This document shows, piece after piece, positions 1-7,436 of a DNA stretch of 20,000 bases. Source of the stretch: an uncultured virus (IMG/VR IMGVR_UViG_3300050821_024078). Its lineage: Duplodnaviria; Heunggongvirae; Uroviricota; Caudoviricetes. The stretch lies in IMG/VR virus record IMGVR_UViG_3300050821_024078. One strand, written 5' to 3'. The translations under genes were made by a program, and so were the position numbers. Position 1 is the first letter of the stretch; the number at the start of each line of letters is the position of its first letter. A model generated the notes under the pieces. It was not told the DNA's origin. It made no database searches and saw only the letters and a list, made by a program, of their open reading frames with translations.

Positions 1-111
1 TTGAAAGATTTTTATGAAAAATCGAAAGGTTGTTATATTTACTGTAGAAGAAACAAAATAAATATACCATTTTTACCTAAACGTAGAAATAGTTCCAATT
101 TGATTCGATAA
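1..111 (+). CDS. 3' end of an upstream ORF (partial); hypothetical protein
   Basis: Frame +1 is open from base 1 to TAA at 109-111 (LKDFYEKSKGCYIYCRRNKINIPFLPKRRNSSNLIR*). It loosely resembles helical repeats seen in phage homing-endonuclease-like proteins, but is too short to assign. Confidence 0.4.
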   Translation: MKDFYEKSKGCYIYCRRNKINIPFLPKRRNSSNLIR

Positions 112-140
112 AAGTATATAAAAACTTTACCTGATAATTC

Positions 141-148
141 ATATATAA
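141..148 (+). promoter_or_regulatory. Putative phage late promoter motif ATATATAA
   Basis: Same octamer as at 7407-7414 and 19763-19770, all intergenic and upstream of + strand genes. Here it lies 6 nt before the ATG at 155. Analogous to the T4 late promoter TATAAATA. Confidence 0.45.
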
Positions 149-154
149 CTTTTG

Positions 155-1711
155 ATGAAGTTATCATTCTTAAAGGACAAAGAAATTTTCAAGATAGTTG
201 ATGCTGAAAGGCAAGAATTCAATTTACTGAAAGATCATTTCACTCGACATGTAGAAGGTTATTATCACAAAAGCAGCTATAAGTATGGTGGTTGGGATGG
301 TAAACGTTCTTATTTTGAGAGAGGTGAAATACCTATGGGTCTATGGAAAGAGCTCTATGGTGTTTGTCAAAACAGAGGTTTCGAATTAGAAATTGAAAAC
401 AGAAAAGAATTTCCTTTTGATAGAAAAATAAAAGAAGAAGACGTTAATAATTTTTGTGATGCTTTTTATAAAGGTTACACAACTAAAGATGGTGATGTGT
501 TTAACCCTTATGATCATCAAAGAGTAGGTGTATTTAAAATACTTCAGAACAGGTATTGTTTAATTGAGGTTGCTACATCCGGTGGTAAATCTTTAATATT
601 TGGTACAACAGCTTTCTACATTAGAAAGATGATTAATCCAGAAGCTAAGTTTTTATTGATAGTGCCTACTAAAACATTAGTGAAACAATTTTATAATGAC
701 TTAATCGGATACAATACTAATTTTGATAAATCTGAGCCACAATTAGATATTTGTATTCAAGAAATGATGTCTGGTAAACCTAGAATATCACACGAAGGAA
801 GAAGCCCTGATATAATTGTTTCTACGTATCATAGTTTAGCTAAAAAAACACCAGAATTCTTCAAACAGTTTTATTGTGTTGTTTCAGATGAGGCTCATAC
901 GGCAGATGCTGTTACAGTAAAAAATGAATTAGAAGCAACCAGAGGTAGTGCTCATATCCGTTATGGTATGACCGGGACATTACCAGCCGAAGATACTTAT
1001 GAGTTTTTAAGTTTGCAGGCTTTAATGGGACCACTGGTTCATGTTGTACCAGCATCAGAACTTATAGAGAAAGGTATTATTACACCTATGCACATCAAAA
1101 TATTGACTATGGTGCATAATGATAAGGAATTTGGTGATAATCTTAAGATCATAAGAAAGTCTGGCCGAGGTAGAGAATGTTATGAACTAGAGAAGAAATA
1201 TACTCAAGAGAGTAAACTAAGAACTGATTTTATATTTAAGTTCCTTAATGGTATGAAGAAAAATACCTTAGTATTATTTGTTAATATATCTTACGGTAAG
1301 AGTCTTTATAAAAAAGGTAAAGACAATATTGTTGGTAAGGATTTCTATTACATTGATGGTACAATATCTGGTGATCGCCGGCAGTATATTATTGAGCAGA
1401 TGAATATTACAGATGGTAATCCTAAGATATTGATTGCCTCTTATAAAACGTTATCAACCGGTGTTAGTATTAATGCTCTTTTTAATATATTACTTGTGGA
1501 CTCTACAAAAAGTGAATTTACAATTATACAGTCTATAGGTAGAATGCTTAGAAAGCATAAAGAGAAAAACAAAGCCTATATTTTTGAAATGACTGATATT
1601 TATGAGGATATACCTAAACCACAAAATATTTTGTATAAACACTCCCTAGAGAGACGTGGTCATTATGATAAAAGACAGTATCCATGGGAGGAAATACGTA
1701 TTAATCTTTAA
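155..1711 (+). CDS. uvsW: UvsW-like superfamily 2 DNA helicase
   Basis: Q-motif region PYDHQ, Walker A ATSGGKS, motif Ia LIVPT, Walker B DEAH, motif III TGT, motif VI QSIGRMLR, and an N-terminal WDGK segment typical of T4-like UvsW. About 518 aa. ATG at 155 preferred over TTG at 152. Confidence 0.9.
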   Translation: MKLSFLKDKEIFKIVDAERQEFNLLKDHFTRHVEGYYHKSSYKYGGWDGKRSYFERGEIPMGLWKELYGVCQNRGFELEIENRKEFPFDRKIKEEDVNNFCDAFYKGYTTKDGDVFNPYDHQRVGVFKILQNRYCLIEVATSGGKSLIFGTTAFYIRKMINPEAKFLLIVPTKTLVKQFYNDLIGYNTNFDKSEPQLDICIQEMMSGKPRISHEGRSPDIIVSTYHSLAKKTPEFFKQFYCVVSDEAHTADAVTVKNELEATRGSAHIRYGMTGTLPAEDTYEFLSLQALMGPLVHVVPASELIEKGIITPMHIKILTMVHNDKEFGDNLKIIRKSGRGRECYELEKKYTQESKLRTDFIFKFLNGMKKNTLVLFVNISYGKSLYKKGKDNIVGKDFYYIDGTISGDRRQYIIEQMNITDGNPKILIASYKTLSTGVSINALFNILLVDSTKSEFTIIQSIGRMLRKHKEKNKAYIFEMTDIYEDIPKPQNILYKHSLERRGHYDKRQYPWEEIRINL

Positions 1712-1760
1712 AGTGGTCAAATCTCCACATGGTAGTTTTTATTAAAAACCAAACGTTATA

Positions 1761-2159
1761 TTATACAATAATTTTATTATTTAGGATAGCCTTTAATAAT
1801 TCAATAAGTTCTTTTTCCTTTGAAATAGTCTTAATGAATATACCATCTTCTTCGGTAGTTTTATCAAAAAATTCAACATTATAGTCTTTATTGTTTGTAC
1901 ATTTAACGAGAACTATTTGGAAGTTGGCTGAATCTAAAATAAAATTACCTATTCTCCTATATACCGGCTTTTTAACAAAACCATATTTACTTAAATTGAT
2001 AGCACTAATTAGAATATCAGTAGTACAAACTGATTTCTTAACAATTTTACTTTCAGTTCCAGCTCTTATTTTACTCTTTAGAATAGCTTCATTCAAAGCT
2101 TTCCTTGCAGACTTTTTAGCTTTTTTCTTTGGTTTTATTTTAGCTTTCTTCTTTTGCAT
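1761..2159 (-). CDS. Hypothetical protein with Lys-rich N-terminus (possible nucleic-acid binding)
   Basis: 132-aa ORF starting 2 nt after the stop of the HAD-like gene. N-terminus MQKKKAKIKPKKKAKKSARK. Confidence 0.7.
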   Translation of the reverse strand: MQKKKAKIKPKKKAKKSARKALNEAILKSKIRAGTESKIVKKSVCTTDILISAINLSKYGFVKKPVYRRIGNFILDSANFQIVLVKCTNNKDYNVEFFDKTTEEDGIFIKTISKEKELIELLKAILNNKIIV

Positions 2160-2161
2160 AA

Positions 2162-2590
2162 TTATGCTGTGAGTAGAGGAATTTTTGATATTGTTTCATT
2201 TATGCTTAACCAATCTTCATCACCACTAAAGCCAGCTTTGTCTTCGAGAAGTATATTAAAATAAGGTTTAGCTTGAAAATATCCATGTTTATTGTTGGCT
2301 GCTTCTGGATTCTCGTTAGCATAATGAAAATGTATATCATGTCCTTTAAAGAATTCGATATAAGCTTTTATTTCATCCGGATAACTGCAAGTATACAAAA
2401 TTAAACAAACATCTGGTCTATTTGATAACATTTGTAATGTTTCTTTAGCCATTGGGTAAAATTCTTTATCAGAATCTTTTTTGTAATCAGATTTAAGCAT
2501 GGTACCATGAATATCAATGGCCCAGTAAGCTTTATCCCATCCACGTTCTCTTGCCAATCTATAGGCATTTTCAATATTAAAACAGTTCAT
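2162..2590 (-). CDS. Small capless HAD-superfamily-like protein
   Basis: Motif I-like WAIDIHGT, motif II ILYTCS, motif III K in AKPYFN, motif IV LLEDKAGF; 142 aa. Confidence 0.7.
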   Translation of the reverse strand: MNCFNIENAYRLARERGWDKAYWAIDIHGTMLKSDYKKDSDKEFYPMAKETLQMLSNRPDVCLILYTCSYPDEIKAYIEFFKGHDIHFHYANENPEAANNKHGYFQAKPYFNILLEDKAGFSGDEDWLSINETISKIPLLTA

Positions 2591-2624
2591 TATTTCTTAA
2601 ATTTTAAAAATATAACTTTCCCTT

Positions 2625-2659
2625 AAAAAAGAAGTGTTTCTTCAGTAAGAAACACTTCT
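2625..2659 (-). terminator. Intrinsic terminator downstream of the 132-aa gene
   Basis: Perfect 13-bp inverted repeat agaagtgtttctt-cagt-aagaaacacttct (2630-2659), followed on the minus strand by a U tract (the a-run at 2625-2630), 8 nt after the stop at 2668. Confidence 0.85.
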
Positions 2660-2667
2660 AAATTTTA

Positions 2668-3066
2668 TTAGTTAACTGATTCGCTTTCTAATTCTTCGAT
2701 TTGTTTTCTGATATCATCTGCTGATGATCCTTCTAGTTGTTGAATTTCTTTTCTTTCAAGAAGATCTTTCAAGAATTTTAATCTATTTTGTTTTTCAGCT
2801 CTTACTTTAGCTTCAGCTTTTTCAGCTAATCTAACAGAAATCACATATTTTATGATTTCTAATTTCAACTCAAGAGTTGTATTAGTTGTACTTTTCTTAG
2901 CGATGAAACTTTCTTCTGTACTTTCTTTCAGTTCTTTATTGACAGATTTTGCCAATGTATCCAAACTATCTAAGGCTAAGTCCCATAACTCTTCATCAGA
3001 TATTTTACCTTTTTCGGTATCAAATCTTAATTTACCTCTTGAGGATTTTTCAAATAAGTCTTGCAT
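2668..3066 (-). CDS. Conserved phage hypothetical protein, helical/coiled-coil
   Basis: 132 aa. The N-terminus LFEKSSRGKLRFDTEKGKISDEELWDL resembles a phage family I recall lying next to the upstream large protein. The C-terminus is a charged helix. Confidence 0.8.
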   Translation of the reverse strand: MQDLFEKSSRGKLRFDTEKGKISDEELWDLALDSLDTLAKSVNKELKESTEESFIAKKSTTNTTLELKLEIIKYVISVRLAEKAEAKVRAEKQNRLKFLKDLLERKEIQQLEGSSADDIRKQIEELESESVN

Positions 3067-3083
3067 AATTGTATTGGTTTATA

Positions 3084-5072
3084 TTAGAAATTTATTTTTA
3101 GTATTCTTTTGGTTGAGCCCTCTATTTGAACAGTTAAATGATTCTTCTGTGTATCAGAAAAACCTATACCACTTAATTGTTCTATCGGAGGATTAAGTTT
3201 TAATTTTGAACCTAACACTTCAAAGAATTTACGATGAGGTGTTAATTCTTCTTTCAAATATTCATTGAAGAAAGGTCTTGTTGCTTCATCACTGGAACAA
3301 TGTTCAAGAATAAACATATAATGTTTATTTCCGATAGCCTCATTCCAATGATTTGGTGAAAGCATGATATTCTTTACCTTGTGAAAACGGTTTGTTTTAA
3401 GTCCCCACTTCTCTTTTGTCACAATTGATGAAGATGTATTATCCAACAATGGTTTTATTTCAAAACCTTTACTTTTTGAATAGGTTACTTCGGCTACAGA
3501 GACTTTACCCATCAATTTTTTATTGTAATGAAAATCAAATATCTGGTTATCAAATTCTATTTGAGCCGTAAATCCATTGTTCATACCACTATCATAATTG
3601 TTGCATATAAATGTGTATTTACCTTCTTTCATTTTAGAAAGATCTGTCCAGGTAATGTTTTCTACACCGGTGTCTCTAGGTCTGATCATATCCACATCTA
3701 ACATTCCAGACATATCAGTTGGTCTACCTTTGTAGCTACCATAGTAGATTAAATTACCGTTAGGTTCTGTAGCATGAGCATCCAAATCACAAATTGATTC
3801 ACCATTATCATTCCATTGAATAGAAAATCTTAATACACCAGATACATTACCTCCAGCAGCCTTAACTTTTTCTTTCAATGAATCTGTTATACCTCCTGTG
3901 TAGGACCAACTAAATGGATTACCCCATTTAAATAACAGTGGAGAATCTTTATCAACTGAAGTTAACAAAGTTGTCATATTATTAAGATGTTGATTTTCAA
4001 GAAGAACTTTCAAATTCTTAGTCTTAGGAAGAATCTTTTCAATAAAGTCATTAATGCCTATTTCTTCTATTTTACTGAAAGATCTTGGGTTCACCTCGGA
4101 ATCCTTTTTAATATCTTCGAATACATCAATAAGGCTGGAAGATTTATCTACAAAAAGAATATCTTTAATATCCAAGTCAGTAGCAACAGCAAATCTTCTT
4201 TCGATAGATCCAAGAAGTCCAAGTTCGCTTAATTTAGTTTTAGCATCTTCTACCATTCTTGGTGTTACAAGTGCTGTAGGTCTTTTATAGTTTGATGGTG
4301 CTACCATAGTCTCAAACTTAGATACAGCTGTATCCAAATCCATATTTTCACTTAGATTAATCAGCAAGGTTCCGATAGCAGAGTTTCGAATACGTGTAAG
4401 TGCCTGACTTATTTCAGTTGATTTGAGCCAACAAAAATTGTCTTTTAACTGAGTAGGAACATTTTTATATTCTTTCTGAATTTTATTGAATTCTTTGAGT
4501 ATTCCTTCAGACTCTTTACCTTTATAGAGACTATTTTGAGCAATTAGTTCGAGTATAGTTTCTACAGAATCGATTGTTAATTCATCTAAACTTCTTTTTA
4601 AAACATTTTTATTTTCTCGTAGAATACCTTGTATTGATTCAATGGAATCATTGCCTTTATGAACAAACTCTTTAGGTAATACAAGAAAGAAGTGTTGCCA
4701 AATGAGATTCTTAAGACTATCCGTATTTTTATCTGTACCAAGTTTTTCGAAAGTATTTTTATATACATCGGTAATTGGTAAAGATTTTATGTAATTTTTT
4801 ATATTTTTGATAGATGGTGCATAAAGTTCATCAGTCTCTATATCCCAAATAGATTGTACCTTATTATCTACAATAGCAACAATTCCACCATATTGTCTTA
4901 AAAATGATTTACAACAATTACAATTGTGCTCAAGTTTTTCAACAGGGTCAACAAAACCATTTAAATAATGCTCCCAGATTAGTTCACGATTGATTTCTAC
5001 ATAAAATAGTTTACCTGTATCTGCAAGTTTTTTGAATTTGTCTTGTACCTGAATTTTTAATTTATCAAACAT
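3084..5072 (-). CDS. Conserved phage protein with N-terminal HxCxCC motif and C-terminal YfaP/DUF2135-like domain
   Basis: 662-aa ORF. HNCNCC motif (CNCC codons at 4911-4922). The pattern LRFSIQW..DLDAHATEPNG..IYY..GMLDVD..VENITW matches YfaP/DUF2135-like beta domains. Confidence 0.8.
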   Translation of the reverse strand: MFDKLKIQVQDKFKKLADTGKLFYVEINRELIWEHYLNGFVDPVEKLEHNCNCCKSFLRQYGGIVAIVDNKVQSIWDIETDELYAPSIKNIKNYIKSLPITDVYKNTFEKLGTDKNTDSLKNLIWQHFFLVLPKEFVHKGNDSIESIQGILRENKNVLKRSLDELTIDSVETILELIAQNSLYKGKESEGILKEFNKIQKEYKNVPTQLKDNFCWLKSTEISQALTRIRNSAIGTLLINLSENMDLDTAVSKFETMVAPSNYKRPTALVTPRMVEDAKTKLSELGLLGSIERRFAVATDLDIKDILFVDKSSSLIDVFEDIKKDSEVNPRSFSKIEEIGINDFIEKILPKTKNLKVLLENQHLNNMTTLLTSVDKDSPLLFKWGNPFSWSYTGGITDSLKEKVKAAGGNVSGVLRFSIQWNDNGESICDLDAHATEPNGNLIYYGSYKGRPTDMSGMLDVDMIRPRDTGVENITWTDLSKMKEGKYTFICNNYDSGMNNGFTAQIEFDNQIFDFHYNKKLMGKVSVAEVTYSKSKGFEIKPLLDNTSSSIVTKEKWGLKTNRFHKVKNIMLSPNHWNEAIGNKHYMFILEHCSSDEATRPFFNEYLKEELTPHRKFFEVLGSKLKLNPPIEQLSGIGFSDTQKNHLTVQIEGSTKRILKINF

Positions 5073-5109
5073 ATTATTTGGTTTTAAAGCTATTGATTTC
5101 TTAACGGCA

Positions 5110-5117
5110 CAAAAATA
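5110..5117 (-). promoter_or_regulatory. Bacteroidota-type -7 element (TAnnTTTG) for the leftward operon
   Basis: The reverse complement of caaaaata is TATTTTTG, 37 nt upstream of the ATG at 5072. The -33 position has only a T run, not a clear TTTG. Confidence 0.6.
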
Positions 5118-5141
5118 ATAAATTTTTTGTTATATAAAAAC

Positions 5142-5172
5142 TTGTTAAGCATTTTAATTTTATGTATTTTTG
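5142..5172 (+). promoter_or_regulatory. Bacteroidota housekeeping-sigma promoter (TTG-N20-TAnnTTTG)
   Basis: TTG at 5142-5144, a 20-nt spacer, then TATTTTTG at 5165-5172, 16 nt upstream of the ATG at 5189. Confidence 0.7.
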
Positions 5173-5188
5173 AACAAAGTTTTAAGAT

Positions 5189-5833
5189 ATGATACGTTTT
5201 GTTTTTTATTGGATTAAAAGATTCTTTATCAATATATTTGCTAAGGATAATTGTTTTTATTGCCCTGAATGTTTAGGTAAACTCAAGGATGGTAATTATT
5301 TAATTAGGTATGAAACACTTGCTGACCATGTTAGTGATCCTAATGGTAATCCAATCCCAAGAACATATTATTACTGTCCAAATAGTAAATGTACTTTATG
5401 GGGTAGTGCAGAGCTAACGGATAAAAGGAATAGAGATCCTAATGAAATGTTCTGGGATATTTATGGAAATGGTGATTATTCTAGTTATTATGAGCCACAC
5501 ATAAGTAGAATACAAAATTGGAAGGAAAAAAATAAAAGAACTTCTTCTTACAGTACTTCTACAAAAGGATGGTTCTTTAAAAAAGGTGATAATGCTGTAA
5601 ATTCTTATGAGGCCCGATATGAATATGAGGTTTGTTGGGGAACAACAAAGATTGGTATCTTTTATAAAAAATGGAAACAACTAAAGAGACAGAAAGTTTA
5701 TGATGAGGTTGTAAGAATTGTTGGTAATAATAATACCAAAGAGTTCTATGATAAATATTCCATTCTTGATAAGAAACTAAAATATAAAGTATTTGCGTTA
5801 ATTGAATTATTCAAGAAAAAGCAAGTAGCTTAA
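5189..5833 (+). CDS. Hypothetical protein with putative Zn ribbon
   Basis: 214 aa with CPEC and CPNSKC cysteine pairs. Gly codons are mostly GGT, like the other phage genes. Confidence 0.7.
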   Translation: MIRFVFYWIKRFFINIFAKDNCFYCPECLGKLKDGNYLIRYETLADHVSDPNGNPIPRTYYYCPNSKCTLWGSAELTDKRNRDPNEMFWDIYGNGDYSSYYEPHISRIQNWKEKNKRTSSYSTSTKGWFFKKGDNAVNSYEARYEYEVCWGTTKIGIFYKKWKQLKRQKVYDEVVRIVGNNNTKEFYDKYSILDKKLKYKVFALIELFKKKQVA

Positions 5834-5840
5834 ACACCTC

Positions 5841-7025
5841 ATGGAGACTAATAAAATTATACATGGTAATTGTATCGATAGGCTCAAAGACATAGAAGCT
5901 AACCAAATTGATTTGGTATATTTTGATCCACCATTTTTTACTCAGAAGAAACATTCTCTTTCTAACAGAGATAATTCAAAAACATATGAATTCGAAGATA
6001 AATATGAATCGTTAGAAGAATATTTGACACTAATTGAAAACACGTTAATACAATGCAAAAGGGTTTTAAAAAATACAGGAAATGTTTTTTTGCATTGTGA
6101 CAAAACGGCCTCTCATCATATTAGATTGGTACTAGATAGCATATTTGGGAAAGAGAACTTTCAGAGTGAAATTGTTTGGTCATATAAGCGGTGGTCTAAT
6201 TCTAAAAAAGGACTTCTGAATTCTCATCAGATTATTTTTTTCTATTCTAAATCAGAAAATTTCAAATTCAATACTCTGTATACAGACTATTCTGCGACTA
6301 CGAATCTTGATCAAATATTACAAGATAGAGAACGAAATGGAAACGGGAAATCAGTTTATAAAAGAGACGAAAATGGAAATATCATAATTGGAAAAGAAAA
6401 AAAGGGCGTTCCATTATCTGATGTTTGGGAAATTCCGTACTTGAATCCTAAAGCAAAGGAAAGAACTGGATATCCAACTCAAAAACCGGTTTTGTTAATA
6501 AATCAAATTATAAATATTGCGACTGATGAAGGTGATATCGTTCTAGATCCGTTTTGCGGAAGTGGAACAACTTGCGTTTCTGCTAAGTTCTTAAAGAGGA
6601 ATTATATTGGAATTGATATTTCAATTGAAGCTGTTAAGTTGGCAAAATCTCGACTTGAAGAAATGATCATAACCGAATCAAGTTTATTAAATAAAGGAAC
6701 AAATGAATATTTGGTGAAAACAGAAAAGGAATTAACAATTCTTCAAAATATAAATGCTTTTCCAGTTCAAAGGAATTCAGGTATTGATGGGTATTTAAAA
6801 GAACATTATGATGGAAAGCCTGTTCCAGTAAAAATTCAAGGTGAATATGATACAATTGAAGATGCAATCGAAAAATTAGAAAAAGCATCAAGAGGAAATA
6901 ATTATTCTCTTAAAATCGTTATTCAAACGAGAGAATCACAAGCAAGTCGACTATTTGATTTTCAATCTGACGTAACAATTATTAAATCACTTGAATTGCA
7001 GATAAAGGAGCTTTCAAAAAAGTAA
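5841..7025 (+). CDS. DNA amino-methyltransferase (N6-adenine/N4-cytosine), beta class, with C-terminal extension
   Basis: Catalytic motif IV DPPF near the N-terminus, YPTQKP, and SAM-binding motif I VLDPFCGSGTT near the C-terminus (beta order). About 115 extra residues follow the core. Confidence 0.93.
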   Translation: METNKIIHGNCIDRLKDIEANQIDLVYFDPPFFTQKKHSLSNRDNSKTYEFEDKYESLEEYLTLIENTLIQCKRVLKNTGNVFLHCDKTASHHIRLVLDSIFGKENFQSEIVWSYKRWSNSKKGLLNSHQIIFFYSKSENFKFNTLYTDYSATTNLDQILQDRERNGNGKSVYKRDENGNIIIGKEKKGVPLSDVWEIPYLNPKAKERTGYPTQKPVLLINQIINIATDEGDIVLDPFCGSGTTCVSAKFLKRNYIGIDISIEAVKLAKSRLEEMIITESSLLNKGTNEYLVKTEKELTILQNINAFPVQRNSGIDGYLKEHYDGKPVPVKIQGEYDTIEDAIEKLEKASRGNNYSLKIVIQTRESQASRLFDFQSDVTIIKSLELQIKELSKK

Positions 7026-7183
7026 CGAACATATAATTAAATTTGCTTCATTGCAGTTCATGAAGAGTAGACATTAATTTTCTTTAAAAAATGTATAGTA
7101 TTAAAAGTGACCTTAAAAGGAGAGAATGAAAATGAGTAAGCCTTAAAAATTTTAAGACTTGTTGTGCCTGGCGAGAAGAATGA

Positions 7184-7330
7184 CTAATCCTTTGCAGATA
7201 CTAACAAATCTCTTGCATCGACTTTTAAAACTTTTGCAATGGTGAATAACGTTTCTATTGTTGGTTGAACATCGTTAGTACACCATTTTGAAACACTAAC
7301 AGTTTTTTTATCCATATTTTCTGTTAGCAC
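7184..7330 (-). pseudogene. 5'-truncated XRE/Cro-family helix-turn-helix regulator (Bacteroidota type)
   Basis: My translation of the minus strand gives VLTENMDKKTVSVSKWCTNDVQPTIETLFTIAKVLKVDARDLLVSAKD* (in-frame ATG at 7315, TAG at 7184-7186). VSKWCTNxxQP is characteristic of small Bacteroidota XRE proteins. The expected N-terminal ~20 aa are absent, and the hairpin sits in their place. Confidence 0.8.
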
Positions 7331-7372
7331 AAAAATAGAAAGGCCCTTTCGTATAGGGCCTTTCTTATTTTA
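7331..7372. terminator. Probable bidirectional intrinsic terminator
   Basis: GC-rich 11-bp stem agaaaggccct-ttcgtat-agggcctttct (7337-7365), with an A run on the left and a T-rich run on the right. Confidence 0.85.
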
Positions 7373-7406
7373 TTAATTTTTTTTGCTTAGTAGCAGGTTC
7401 AATATA

Positions 7407-7414
7407 ATATATAA
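7407..7414 (+). promoter_or_regulatory. Putative phage late promoter motif ATATATAA
   Basis: Lies just after the terminator and 22 nt upstream of the ATG at 7437, which heads the putative structural operon. Confidence 0.5.
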
Positions 7415-7436
7415 GCCAAACAATATTATACCATAA

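Noticed and set aside
1712..1760. Possible terminator between the convergent uvsW and Lys-rich genes (gttttt-att-aaaaac; gtgg..ccac)
   Set aside because: The stems are short and AT-rich, too weak to call.
5189..5833. 214-aa ORF as the cognate restriction endonuclease
   Set aside because: No clear PD-(D/E)xK, HNH or GIY-YIG motif, and its codon usage matches the phage genes rather than the MTase.
1891..6891. Short ORFs 1891-2172, 2852-3196, 3987-4232, 4054-4290, 5414-5680 and 6667-6891
   Set aside because: Antisense shadows of longer, motif-bearing genes; their hydrophobic composition reflects the reverse complement of A-rich codons.
5841..7025. Assigning a recognition sequence or REBASE name to the MTase
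   Set aside because: Specificity cannot be determined by eye; it needs a REBASE comparison or methylome data.
7040..7160. Small palindromes (cttcat..atgaag; cttaaaaattttaag), repeated ccttaaaa and an SD-like aaggag before a 6-codon ORF
   Set aside because: Expected by chance in AT-rich DNA; nothing supports an operator, attC site or peptide.
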